Positions 1 to 12,600 of a stretch of DNA of 64,000 nt are shown here, one piece after another. Source of the stretch: Prorocentrum cordatum (Eukaryota); contig CAUYUJ010000148.1 of the NCBI GenBank assembly GCA_963575745.1, positions 434,001 to 498,000 of the forward strand, given 5' to 3'. The position numbers and the translations under genes were made by a program. Position 1 is the first letter of the stretch; each line of letters begins with the position of its first letter. A model generated the notes under the pieces. That model was given only the letters and a program-made list of their open reading frames with translations. It was not told the DNA's origin and did no database searches.

Positions 1-860
1 CCTCCTCCTCCTTCTCCCCCTTCCTCTTCCTCCTTCATCTCCCTCCCTCATCCTTCAACCTCCTCCATCTCCTCCTCGTCTTCCTCATCTTCTTCGTCCT
101 CCCTCGTCCTCCCCGCATCCCCCCCAGCCCTTCTTTCTCCCCAGTCCAAAACCCTCCCCACCCAGCACGCTCACTCGCAGTCAAGCAATGTGATCATCAT
201 CTCCCGCCGTCCCGCTCACGCAGCTGCCGTTCCAGGTGAGGGGGAAAGAGCGGGCCTAAGGTCATCCGCGCTCCCACTGCAAGAGAAGGGCGAGGAGGAG
301 CATCAGCTGGGAGGAACGCCAGCATCAGCTTCGGGGGTGGGATCGGAGTTGGACCCTCGACCCTGCCCCCCCATCCTCCTGCTCCTCCTCCTCCTCCTCC
401 TCCTCCTCCTCCTCCTCCTCCTCCCCCTTTTCCTCCTCCTCCTCCTCCTCCTCCTTATCCTCCTCCTCCTCCTCTTCCTCTCCTCTACCTACTCCGCCGC
501 CTCCGCCGCCTCCTCCCCCTCCTCCTCCTCCTCCTCCTCCTCCTCCTCCTCCTCCTCTTCCTCCTCCTCCTTCTCGTCTTCGTCCTCGTCCTCGTCCTCC
601 TCCTCCTCCTCCTCCTCCTCCAACTCCTCCTCTTCCTCCTCCTCCTCCTCCTCCTCCTCCTCCTCCTCCTCCTCCTCCTCCTCCTCTCCTCCTCCTCCTC
701 CTCTTCTTCCTCCTCCTCCTCCTCCTCCTCCTCTCCTCCTTCCTCCTCCTCCTCCTCATCCTCCTCCTCTTCCTCATCCGTCCTCCTCCATCCTTTTCCT
801 CCTCCTCCTCCTCCTCCTCCTGCTGTTCCTCCCTCTCCTCCTCCTCCCCCTCCTCCTCGG
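1..860. repeat. Degenerate (CCT)n microsatellite tract (a further tract lies at ~1367-1490)
   Basis: Long runs of cctcctcct; source of the poly-L/S/P/E/R/G ORFs. Confidence 0.95.
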
Positions 861-3788
861 TCCGCGGTCCGGAACTGCAGCGGATTGTCCCAGAATCGGG
901 GCCGCCGAAACCAGCGCGCCGCGCGCGCCGCCGCGGCGTGGCCGCAGGGCATTCACAGCGCGAGGCGGGCCCTTCTGAGCGGGCGGCATGGGGATAGCTA
1001 GCCAACTCCCCCGCCCTGTTCTGCCAGCAGGCCGGAAGCCAGCCGGAACCCAAACACGGGCGGCCCAAACACGGGCCAATCCTGACAGAACGGGCAGGGG
1101 CCAGACCAGCGCCAAACCCACGCAACCCCCCCACAAGGGCCCCCCACAACACGACAGACGACGGGGAGGACGGGCAGCCTGGCACGACCCCAAGGTCAGG
1201 GAACCCAGGGGGAGACCCCTGGCCTGGACGGAGGGCTGCGCTCCAGGCAACCCCCTGGGGAAGGGGACCGCGCGTTGGCGGCCATCCCCAGGCGCGGGAG
1301 CTTTTCGCCCCGAAGGCCCGACGGCCCCCGCCTCCGTCAGGCGAGCGCTTCTGACCCCGATACCCCGCCTCCTCCTCCTCCTCCTCCTCCTCCTCCTCCT
1401 CCTCCTCCTCCTCCTCCTCCCCTCCTCCTCCTCCTCCTCCTCCTCCTCCTCCCCCTTTTCCATCCTCCTCCTCCTCCTCCTCTTCCACCTCTTCCCCCAT
1501 TATTCTGAAGAGCTCCCCCTTGTCCCTCCACCAAGCGTTTCGGCAGGGCGGTCCAGGTACTTCGCCGGAGATTCGCGACCACTGCTGACCCTGAAACTCT
1601 AACATCGCACAAGTCTCACCGATGGAGTGAGTCTGTCTTGCAGCGTTGCAGCAGCTTCATGGAAGGAGGGGGGTCGTTTCCAGAAAGGAGAACACGCCTC
1701 CTTGCGCCGCGCACAATCGCAATGACACTTCACAGCAGCTTCACGCATGGAGGGCGTTCCCTTTGTCTAAACCGGGCTCTCGCCTCAGCGCCGCCCAAGA
1801 ACGAACGAACGAACGACCGTCATCGCCCGAAGGCGGCCGAGTGCTGGGCGACGGGCGCGCTGCGAAGCGCACTGGCCCTCTGAAAAGGACCCGGAAATGG
1901 CAATCACAACCTCGAAATTCAGTGCGCGAGCAGGAGGGGGGGAAGGGCAGGAGAGGCAAGAAAGGAACAGACAAGGCAGTTATGTGGAATTCAATTGAAA
2001 ATCACTGGAATAAAATTGAACCAAGAGTCTCCACCAATGTCAAGGATGGAGGACGGATCCTGTTCGATCTTGGCTCACGCGCGAGCGCCACCAAGACCGA
2101 TGGCAGCACTTGCGAAGATTGTAGGCGGACCCTCTTCTCAACATTTGGTTTTCGTTTGGGACCTGTGAGATTACAGGCCAAGCACTTGAACAGATGCAAC
2201 TGCTGTACGGATGAAGGATGGACCCTTTTCAAACTTGGAACTTCTAGTGTACTTCGCAGAAAACAACAAACTTGAACAAGCTCAGGAACTGCGTGCTTGG
2301 AGGGCGGCGCATTCACAAAATGGGTTTGCGATTGAAACGTCCTCGACACTCACGGCGTTGAGCGACACACCGTGCAATGATTAATAGATGGGACATTCAT
2401 TTTTTCGAGCGGAAAGCTAGCTGGAAAACTGTATGGCCATATCCTTGCGCGTGCCGTATGACTCGCTGGAAGGGTGCAAGGCAGTTAGTTCTTTGTCGCA
2501 ACGGGGCTCTTGCCTGCATCGCAGGCCCATGCGGCGCTGGTCGTTCAACGGAGAGTGTCCTGAAAGAGGAATGGAAGGCTTGTGGGCCATTATGATGAAG
2601 GGACTTTGGACGGGAGGGTGTACTGCAGCTCTTTGATGCATGTTGGCTTTTCTCTGGTGATCCTCCTCCTCCTTCCTCCTCCTTCCTTCTCCGCCCCCTC
2701 TATATTAGCGCCGAGGCCGAACGTCTACCGCTTGTCTGTCGATGGCCTCTTGAACCTCACGTATGTCTTGCAGTTTTCCGCTTGTATTGTTGGTGGCCTC
2801 TGGTGCCTCGTGCGTGTCTGGTGTTCCTCTGCATGTTTCCTTGTCATCGCGGTCTGCCTGGAGCTGGCTCGTCGTCTGCTCTGCTCGGGCAGGGTGGCAG
2901 GCCGCCTCGGTCGACCACTCCGCCCCTCCCGATGTACAGGGTGCACTGCACCTGCGGGACGTGCACCGCACCCGCTCCACACCTTCAACAGCAGGGCGTG
3001 GCGGCACTGTGCCTCACGGAGGTGTCCGCGCCTGCTGCTGGCCCGCCGGCCAGGTCTCATTGCGCAGCCTGTGGGTGGCACTGTGCCCTCGGGAGGTGCC
3101 CGCGCGTCTCTAGATCAGGGGCCCTCGGCCCCCTGTGTCACCCTTCCGAAGAGGAGGAGGAGGAGGCCTTCTGAGGACGAGGGGGAGGAGGAGGAGGAGG
3201 AGGAGGAGGAGGAGGAGGAGGAGGAGGAGGAGACGGAGGAGACGGAGACGCGGCGAGGCTACGTGTATATCCACAGCCCAGGGCGCCCGGCAGGCGGGCT
3301 CATCTCGACCCCCCAACTTGCACCAGGGGGTGAGGAAGCCAGAACTGCTCCTCCTCCTCCTCCTTCTCCTCCTATTCCTCCCCCTCCTCCTCCTCCTCCT
3401 GTTTCCTCCTGCTGCTTCCTCCTTCTCCTCCTCATCCCCCCCGGGCTGTCAGGGTCGTGCACCCTGCTGCCGTGGATGGCCGATCCGATACGATCCTCCT
3501 CCGCCGCCGCCCCTTCCTCCCTCTCGGCTCCCCCCCTGCTGTTTCCACGATCCTCCCCTTCCTGCTCCTCCTCCTCCTCCTCGGACCTGCAGCTGCTGCT
3601 GCCCATCATGCCGCTCCCACTCGTCTCCATGTTCGTCCCTACCTCCGAAGAAGCATGGAGCAAACCGTAGACGCTCCAGCGCAGAGTCGATGCACAAGAG
3701 AAACCGTTGGGACCTCAACGAACCGCACTCATCCTTGTACGCCTGGGCGCCCTTCTCTAAGCTCCACGCTGCGAGACTCACGACGCCC

Positions 3789-3985
3789 GATGTCACCCTC
3801 GAGATCGCGGTCCAACCCGTGGAGAGGGGTACATCTGCGGCTCAGGGAGCGTAGCGCGGCGCACCGCTATCTCCGCGCCCGACGCGCGATGTCACCCTCG
3901 AGATCGCGGTCAAACCCGTAGCGAGGGGCAACTCTGCGGCCCAAGGACCGGAGTGCGGCGCACCGCTATCTCCGCGCCCGCTGCG
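3789..3985. repeat. Two-copy ~99-bp tandem duplication
   Basis: gatgtcaccctcgagatcgcggtc...gcggcgcaccgctatctccgcgcccg occurs at ~3789 and ~3888. Confidence 0.85.
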
Positions 3986-5087
3986 GGTGACCAGGGCCGC
4001 GACATCCTACCCGTCCATCTGTGTCAGGCAAGCATCCGCAGAGAGGCTGCGGCGTTCCAGCGACCCCCAAAGGCAGGAGACCGACTTGGGCACATTAGGA
4101 AGTAGGCACGCGCAGAAAATATGGGTAATGAGTGCAGGAGAAGCAGAAACCCTCGTCCTCCTCCTCCTCCATCTCCTCCTCTTCCTATTCCTCCTCCTCC
4201 TCCTCCTCACCCGAGAGGGCCCCCCCTCCTACTCCTCCTCCTCACCCTAGCCTCGCAGCACGTGGCCTCCGGATCCTCGCAACCTCGCCTGCTCGAGAGC
4301 CGCATGCTCTGAACGAGCAGAGCTGGAGGGCCCACCTCTTCGTTAGCTGCAGCTATATTCCTGCCTCGCTCCCGCATCCCCTACTCCAGGGGGGTTGCAG
4401 AGGGTGCTCCTGGGCCAAGAACGAGGCCCCCCAACTTTCCCCGCCAGTTTGACGCTCCCGAGGCCCTCTCGGCCTCGCGAGGGGTGCTCCGGAGGCCGTC
4501 GGGGCCTTCTCGGACATCCTGCACACTGGGCCAGGGACACCTTCAGCTGCACCCGGCACACCTCCCTCCTCATCCTCCCTCGTGCCCCTTCTGTGGAAGC
4601 ATCAGGCTGTCTGTGCCCACTGGTACCCGCTGCCCTGCGACCATGTGTGCAACTTCGAGGCCGGATGAGCTGGTCGCCTCGGCGCGAATCTGGCGCCCTC
4701 GCATCGGGGGGGCGAGTCCTGGGGAAACCAGAAAGTACCGATACCACTGGGACCTCTCCCAGTGCGTTCTGACCAGAATTTCGAGACGAATCCAGCGGTG
4801 GCGACGAGAACCTCCCAGGAGGCCTCCTCCTCCTCCTCCTGCTTCTCCTCCTCCGCCTCCTCCCCCTCCTCCTCAAGCAAAGGTAACTCGCGGTATGGGT
4901 ACCTTCTCCTCCGCGCGACACTGGCGGCCTCGCCTCGGGTGGCCAGGCCCGCGGTCCTGTTAGTGACCACCCTGCTCAACAGGTCTCCTGGCGGGGCGGG
5001 CACGCCAGGAGAGAGAGAGAGAGAGAGAGAGAGCAGGGACTTTCTAGTGCGCCGCTGCAGCGCATGTCTCAGATGCAGAAAATGAGA

Positions 5088-5502
5088 AAGTCGGGGAATC
5101 GAGGGGTCGGGGAACCGTAGAGTCGGGGAGACGGCCAGTCGTGGAGTCGGGGAATCGGGGAGTCGTGGAGTCGAGGAGACGGCCAGTCGGGGAGTCGGGG
5201 AGTCCGGAGTCGGAGAGTCGGGGAGTCGGGGAATCGGGAGTCGGTCAGTTGGGGAGTTGGGGGGTCGGGGAGTCGGGAAGTCGGGAAGTCGGCCAGTCGG
5301 GGAGTCGGGAAGTCGGGAAGTCGGAGAGTCGGGGAGTCGGCCAGTCGGGGAGTCGGGGAGTCGGGAAGTCGGAGAGTCGGGGAATCCGGGGGTCGGGAGT
5401 CGGTCAGTTGGGGAGTCGGGGGGGTCGGGGAGACGGGGAGTCGGGGAGTCGGCCGGTCGGGGAGTCGGTGAGACGGGGAGTCGGAGAGTCGGGGAGTCGG
5501 GA
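5088..5502. repeat. 8-bp minisatellite (GGGAGTCG)n with variants
   Basis: Tandem gagtcggg/aagtcggg units. Confidence 0.95.
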
Positions 5503-6439
5503 AATTGGACTGGGCCGGGAGGCGAAGGACCGAGGGACTTCTGCGTCCACTCACGGGGGCCCCCCATACCATCTTGCTGGCTCTTGCGAGTCATAGCTAA
5601 TGGGCGTTACTCGGCGCTAGATCGGCGCTGGCCCATCGATTACCAGACGCTGATCGACGCGAATGCACGCACGAGGAGGACTTGCGAGGGCACACAAGGC
5701 CCCCCATGAGTTGCGACGGGAAAGGTGCTGAGATTGGACTGGAAAGAGAGGCGACGGACGGCAGGTCGGCGTGGGGCCCCCAACTCGGACTGCCAAGCCA
5801 GGCGGGGCGGGCCAAGACGAGCAAGTCCCGACCACGGGGGCGGATGCCCAGGAGGCCCACGTGGTCCAGAGAGTCTGGAGCCCGCTCCAGCAACCGTCCC
5901 TCGCGAGCGGCGAAAAAACGCCACGTAGCCGCGGGTTCGCGGCCCAGGGGCCCGGTCCGCGAGAGCTCAGATACGGATGTGTCCTTCGTCCACGAGTCTC
6001 GGGCGGGGGCTAGACTAGTACAAAGCCACACCAACAATGCTCGAACGTCTTTTCCCCCCCCCGCGGCAGCCACACGACGAGGAATGCATTCCACGCGAGC
6101 CGTGCCCATCTCCGCCGCGAGGCTGCCCCGAGGCAAGCCCCCATGCAAACAGTAATAGCCAACCGACGCGGCTCAAACCCTTGCCTCAGCCAGAAAGCTT
6201 GTTTGCCAAAACAACAACGGCAAAACATACATAGAGGACGGGGCTATTTTCCGCCACAACAAAAACTCGAGCTGGGATCCAGTTGTATTTGGACTGGGGT
6301 CCGAGGGCCAGAGCCGCACAGGACTCCAGAAGGCTTTCTGGGCGAGCAGTCTCCCAGCAACCACGCTCTGCCCAGAAACACGCCGAGACATGTCGCCGCT
6401 CAGCGGCGCAGTCGTGGGCAACGCGCTAGCAATGCCACC

Positions 6440-7290
6440 CTGCGCTGGCCAATCGCGGCATGCAGCAGCGCGACCATGATCGCCATAACAGACTTCAACG
6501 ATGCCATCATGAGCAGCGCGAGGAACTCCAGCAACGCGACAGGGAGCACTATGCTTGACGGACTCAAACGGCCCCGAGAGCAGCGCAACGAGCCCCGGCG
6601 GCATGCCCGCGGGCAGCGCAACGGATGGCTCCAGCGACCCCGTCGCGAGCAGCCAGACGAATTCCAGCAGCGCGACCGCGAACAGCTTGATGGGCCCGGA
6701 CGGCACGACGGGCGGCAGCAGCAGGACAGCGAGCATCACGTCGCGCCTCAGCAGCAGCACCGCGGGCAGAAAAACGGCCTCCAGCAGCGCGGCCATGAAC
6801 GGCGCGACGAATTCCAGTCGCACGAGCGCGACGAACACGACCGTGGACAGCATTCCAGACTCCAGACACGCCATTGCGAGCACCGCGACGGAGTGTAGCG
6901 GCACGACCGTGAGCCGCACGACAGACTCCAGCGGCACCGTCGCGAACATCACTGAGGCCTCCAGCAGCACGGTGGAGGGCAGCATGACGGACTCCGACGC
7001 GAGCAGCGCGACGGCCCCCAGCAGAACGACTGCGAATAGCAGTACGGACCTCAACAGCACCGTCGTGATCAAGACGACGGTTCTCAGCAGCACGCAGCAC
7101 GACAAGCGGCAGCACTCAGGACCCCAACAGCATGGAAGCGAACGGCAGGACGAACTCTGGCAGCGACATCGAGAGTAGCTCGACGGACTGCGGCAGCACG
7201 GATGTGGCCAGGATGACGGACTAGAGCAGCATCACCATGATCAGCGCAGCGGGCGCCAGCATGACGGAATCCAGCATCCACATGTCGTCG
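6440..7290 (+). repeat. Highly degenerate ~33-bp tandem repeat reading as a Ser/Thr-rich 11-aa repeat
   Basis: Recurrent actccagcagc...cagcatgacgg; ORF 6555-7178 reads SSSTxxxxTD-like units. Confidence 0.6.
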
Positions 7291-7399
7291 GGCTCCTGGA
7301 GAGCGGCGAACCCTTCGGGCGGGTCGGCGGTTGTCACGGGGGGCGACTGAGAAGGCTGTCGCGCGTGAGCGAGGGCCAGAGCAGAAGAAAAACAGCACC

Positions 7400-7912
7400 G
7401 TCGCTGCTCAGCGAAATGTGGATGGTGAAGCTTGAACCCGTCATCGACATCATCTGCCGCGGCACCCCAGTCAGCCTGCGCGAGAAGGACGGGCGCGAAC
7501 AGCAGCCAGCCCAGGCGCTGCTTTGCGAGATGTTGGAAATGAAGGTCACGCCCACCAGCGCTTTCTACATCGCCCCGATTATCACGCACGAGAAAGACGG
7601 GGAGCGACAGTGACAGCTGGCCCTGGCGCTGCGAAGCGAGATGTTGGCAGCGAAGCTGGACCCCACCATCAGGGAGACACCGTCGGCCACGCGGCCAAGA
7701 CCTGAAAACTACAATATCCCGAGGCGCGCATGCGGAAAAGACGGACAGCGACGGGGGCCGCCGGCCCTGGCGTTGCTGAGCAAGATGTTGGGAGAGAAGC
7801 TGGAGCCCACCATCAATGAAGTCCTACAAAGCCCCGATCAGCGCGTGCGAAATGGGCGGGACGCGACAGTGGCAGCTGGCCCTGGCGCTGCTGAGCGAGA
7901 TGTTGGGCCTGA
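7400..7912 (+). pseudogene. Decayed pentatricopeptide-repeat (PPR) array, about 5 units
   Basis: LLSEMWMVKLEP, ALLCEMLEMKVTP, QLALALRSEMLAAKLDP, ALALLSKMLGEKLEP, SYKAPISACEMGGTRQWQLALALLSEM match the dinoflagellate-type PPR consensus; broken by a stop and frameshifts. Confidence 0.85.
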
Positions 7913-8049
7913 CACGCCGCTGCAAGAGGGAATGGGAATTGGGATTCTTTGGGGCGGGCGGGAAACAAACATATCGGGCCCCCCGGGCGCTGGGAAATTG
8001 GCCCCTGCGGCAGGCATGTCTTGACAGCCACCGGGCGCTAAACAATACT

Positions 8050-8530
8050 TTGAATGCCTAAGGCCAACCAATACCGACCGGGCGGGCCATGTTCCTACGG
8101 AGGCAAGCAGCGTGCCTATATAGCCGCTCTAGACCTTAGTGAAAGGCTTCGACCAACCAGTACCGTCTGTGCCAGTCAGTCTACATATCAGTACACCGCT
8201 TGCTTTGCATTGCCACGCAAGGCCAACCAGTCTGACATGGCCAGCTTTGACACGGGGATGGCGGGATGCGTGCAAACATGGAGGAAGGCGAGGACGTGCG
8301 CGTCGACTGCCGCGAGCGTCTTGACCGCCAGAGCTAAGCTTCAAGCAAGTAGCCAATGGGCATACCAGCCCAATAATTGCTGCACTCAGCGTTCGTTCAG
8401 TTATGTTCCGACGCATTCAGCAAACAAAGATAAGTGTGCCAGGTACTCTACACAACAGAAACTGGCTTGCTTCACATTGCCAAACTAGGCCAGCAAGACC
8501 GACTTGGCCAGCCTTGATACTGGGGGGCGC
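8050..8530. repeat. Dispersed repeat family; second copy at ~21015-21305
   Basis: Shared motifs ggccaaccagtctgacatggccagctttgacacggggatg / ggccagccagactgaagtgaccagccttgacttggggatg and cagtaccgtctgtgccag / cagtaacgtctgtgccag. Confidence 0.6.
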
Positions 8531-9120
8531 GGGTTGCGACTTAGTGGATGTGAATTTAGAAGGAAGGTAGATGACCCGCGACTCGAGCTGCCAAACTAGT
8601 TATAGCAATTTGACGCCTCTTGCTCTAAACCCTCACAAGTCTCTGTGCATGAACCGCCCCTTGTCCTTGCGACCTCATGCCACCCGTGAGCGTGCACGCT
8701 GAAGGCACACTCTGGGGCTAGCAATCTGGCGTTACCGATATCAGCCAATGTGCACTGCGCAGATACAAACACTATAACTACACGCTCAGGCGCGCATGTC
8801 AGTATTACGCCGCGTTGATTACTCACGCCCCATGACGCACTCATACGGCAACCTTACTGCTGACCGTTTTCGGCCCTTCAGCAACACAAGAAATGTTGGC
8901 AATACGTTTTGTATTATCATTGCTAGCCGGTACCAGCTGGGCCAACCTCTGCCAGCAACAGCGTGCTGCATAAGTATAGACGTGCCAGACCGCCAGACCG
9001 ACTGTCAACGTAACGTGTGGGAGGGTGGTGTTCGAGATTCTGGGCGATGCGTGGATCAACTCGCAGCTATCTAAACTGAAGGGCGTGTCAGCTGATATTT
9101 TGGACTATAGTCCTCTGTGG

Positions 9121-9485
9121 GTCCGGTGTCCGGGATGTCCGGGGTGTCCGGGGGATGTGTCCGGGGTGTCCAGGGTGTCCGGGGTGTCCGGGGTATCCGG
9201 CGTGTCCGGGGTGTCCGGGGTGTCCGGTGTGTCCGGGGTGTCCGGGGTGTCCGGGGTGTCCGGGGGACGTGTCCGGAATGTCCGGGGTGTCCGGGAAGTC
9301 CGGGGTGTCCGGGTTGTCCGGGGTGTCCGGGGTGTCCGGGGTGTCCGGGGTGTCCGGGGTGTCCGGGGTGTCCGGGGTGTCCGGGGTGTCCGGGGTGTCT
9401 GGCGTGTCCGGCGTGTCCTGGGTGTCCGGGGTGTCCTGGGTGTCCAATTTGTCCGGGGTGTCCGGGGTGTCCGGGGTGTCCGGGA
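9121..9485. repeat. 9-bp minisatellite (GTCCGGGGT)n, followed by (CCT)n to ~9745
   Basis: About 40 tandem units visible. Confidence 0.95.
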
Positions 9486-9859
9486 TCTCCTCCTCCAATT
9501 CCTCTTCCTCCTTCTCCTCCTCCTCCTCCTCCTCCTCCTCTCCTCCTCCTCCTCCTCCTCCTCCTCCTCCTCTCCTCCTCCTCCTCCTCCTCCTCTTCCT
9601 CCTCTTACTCCTACTCCGAATCCTCTTCCTCCTCCTCCTCCTCCTCCTCCCTCCTCCTCCTCCTCCTCCTCCTCCTCCTCCTCCTCCTCCTCCTCCTCCT
9701 CCTCCTCCTCCTCCTCCCCCTCCTCCTCCTCCTCCTCCGCCTCCTACTCCTCCCTGCTGCCTCCGGGGTTTGGGTCGTCAAGCCGTTTCTTGACGGTCCC
9801 AGGGCCTGGGTCGTCGTCGTCGTCGTTCAGGGTCGGCGGCACCGGCCGTAAGGCCGTAA

Positions 9860-10940
9860 ACCTTCATTCAGGGATGGGGCGTTCAGTGGGGCTGGCGGGA
9901 CATTGAATGTAAGCTTCAATATGTGATGGGCCACGGTACGGGGAAACTATGTTACAACCGCCGAATTCGCGGATCGGGCGGACGGTACATGAAATACAAC
10001 CGTCACTCAGCAATGGGGAGTTCAGTCGGGCGGGCGGGCGGGACATCCAATGTAGCCTTCCCTGTGTCATGGGACAAAACTTTAGGAACATATTTCGCAA
10101 CCGCCGAAGACGCCGGTCGGGCGGGCGGGATATTAAACGAAACCTTCATTCGGGGATGGGGCGTCTGGTCGGGCGGGCGGGGCATTAAATGTAGCCTTCA
10201 TGATGGGCCAAGGTAGGAGGAAACGATACTTCAACCGCCGACAACGCGGGTCGGGCGTGCGGGATATGGAATGCAACCGCCACTGAGAAATGGCATTTTA
10301 GGGAGATCAGTCGGGCGGGCGGGCGGGACATTGAACGTAACTTTCACCATGTGATTGGACACGGCTTGATGAACATATATCGCAACCGCCGAAGACGCCG
10401 GTCGAGCGGGCGGGACATCACATGAAACCTTCACCCAGGGATTGGGCATTCAGTCGGGCGGGCGGGGCATAACATCTAACATCGGCTCTGTAACAGATAA
10501 GGCTGGGGCGGGATATATCGCCACCGCCGAGGACGCCGGTCGGGCGGGCGGGACATTAAACCAAACCTTCACTGAGGGATGGGGCGGCCGGTCGGGCGGG
10601 CGGGGCATTATATGTAACCTTCACTGTGTGATGCGCCAAAGCAAAATGAAATAATGTTACAACCGCCGAAAACGCGGGTCGGGCGGGCGGGACATTACAT
10701 GAAACCTCCACTCAGGGATGGGCCGTTCGGTCGGGCGGGCGGGACATTAAGTGCAACCTTCACTCAGGGATGGGGCGTTCGGTCGGGCGGGGGGACATTA
10801 AATGTAACCTTCACTCCGACATGGGACAAGGTTGGGAGAAATTATCGTGGAGCCGACGGGCGGGCGGGACGTGAAATGCAACATTCACCCAGGAATGGGG
10901 AATTCAGTCGGGTGGGCGGGCGGGACCTTACATGAAGCCT
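9860..10940. repeat. Composite satellite: ~33-bp conserved core, ~16 copies, mostly alternating ~52/~88-bp spacing (~140-bp higher-order unit)
   Basis: Core ggtcgggcgggcgggacattaaatgtaaccttca at ~9888, 9975, 10027, 10116, 10167, 10249, 10310, 10399, 10452, 10538, 10590, 10677, 10728, 10780, 10856, 10907. Confidence 0.85.
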
Positions 10941-10942
10941 TG

Positions 10943-11400
<458 letters not shown>

Positions 11401-12049
11401 CCCCCCCTTCGGTTGTCTGCCAACAGCAGCGCAACAATCTCTTTCCATGGTTTATTTTTGCAGGGCCGCGGAGGCTCCAGGGGTTCCCGAACAGTAGGTC
11501 GATGCGGACAACTGGTGGAATTGGCGGGCGGGGTCGGCCAGGCAGGGCATTAAAGTGTGGGGCCTCATGGAATACGAGGAGAACTTGGGTGGGCGGGTGG
11601 GATCTGGCTGGCGGGGCACCAACGAGCGGGCCGGGCGGGGCGGGCCAACGCGCGGGTGGGGGCCAGCGGGCGGGACATTAGAATGAAACGCGCAATCGAA
11701 CATGTCTTCATTACCGCAACAACATGACAGCGCATCATCGCAGCAATGCTGCGCCGCGCCGCGCGGCAGCGGAACGAATGGCGAGCGCCGCGCCGCCCGA
11801 GCCAGCGCGCGGCCTTCACCGACAAACTGTTGGACGCGGAGGCTGGGAGGGCAAATCGAAGCGGGCCGCGCAACGCTTTGTGGGCAGGCCCCGAGGCGCG
11901 CCACATCTACATATATTCCTACTACTCATTCCCCCAAAACGCAAGAAAAGCAGGAGGGCGAATGCCCGCGGGCACAGAGGCCTTTACTTGCATCGGCCCG
12001 GGGCGTCGCCCCGGGGCATTTGGCATCGGCCCGGGGCGTCGTGCGAAGG

Positions 12050-12600
12050 GTTAACCACAATTTGGTCCCAATTCCCGCCGCACCGCTGGAAAAACGCAGC
12101 CTCGGTGAAGGTGGTGAGAGTGTTCGAGTTGACGCGAACGGGAGGGATGTCAGAGATCGCCGCGTCAAGGGCAGTCGCAACCATCCGTTTTGCCTCCTCC
12201 AACGCCGCCTCATCCATGGCGCTGGCGCCCGTGTTGCCCGTGCTGAAGCCGGAGCTCTTGCGCGTCTGGGGGTAGCTCATGTGAAAGATCGGCAGCGCGA
12301 GAGGGCTCAATGAGCCAGGGAAGATATGCGTGCGAGCGCCGTTGGAGCACGCCATCAGCTGGGCCATGAGCGACACGCCGAATGGGAACTCGTGATGGGA
12401 TGCGCGCGCTGCATGTCGCATGATGACATCGGCGGAAGCGTTGCCGAATATGTCTCGGATCTGGGAATGGTCGTCGACTGCGTTCCAAGACGCGCGCATC
12501 TCAGACCGAAACTGAGGCGCATCACCGGCGCAATGCACAGGCGCGCGCTGCCCGTCACCCCTGATGTGGAAGGTCGCCAAGCCAGGGGCAGCCGCCGCCG
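12050..12600 (-). pseudogene. Fragment of a DUF3987/YfjI-like P-loop NTPase (phage/plasmid replication-associated family)
   Basis: Natural-looking ORF core FPFGVSLMAQLMACSNGARTHIFPGSLSPLALPIFHMSYPQTRKSS...TLTTFTEAAFFQRC resembles the DUF3987 pattern (helix, beta-hairpin, P-x-x-x-KS loop, T-x-E-A motif); C-terminal half not found. Confidence 0.4.

Noticed and set aside
190..1612. Long ORFs rich in poly-L/S/P/E/R/G (also near 3.1, 9.5, 11, 20, 28.5, 33.6, 35.3 and 36.5 kb)
   Set aside because: Translations of trinucleotide microsatellites that are open in most frames; no domain evidence
1980..2640. Protein-like stretch (MWNSIENHWNKIEP...)
   Set aside because: Interrupted by stops and no motif recognised; cannot assign
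9117..9490. Metallothionein- or collagen-like (CPG)n/(GHP)n protein
   Set aside because: Translation of a 9-bp minisatellite that recurs at 20.6 kb
9860..10940. CRISPR array
   Set aside because: Repeats are degenerate, linkers fall into two homologous classes rather than unique spacers, no cas genes, eukaryotic context
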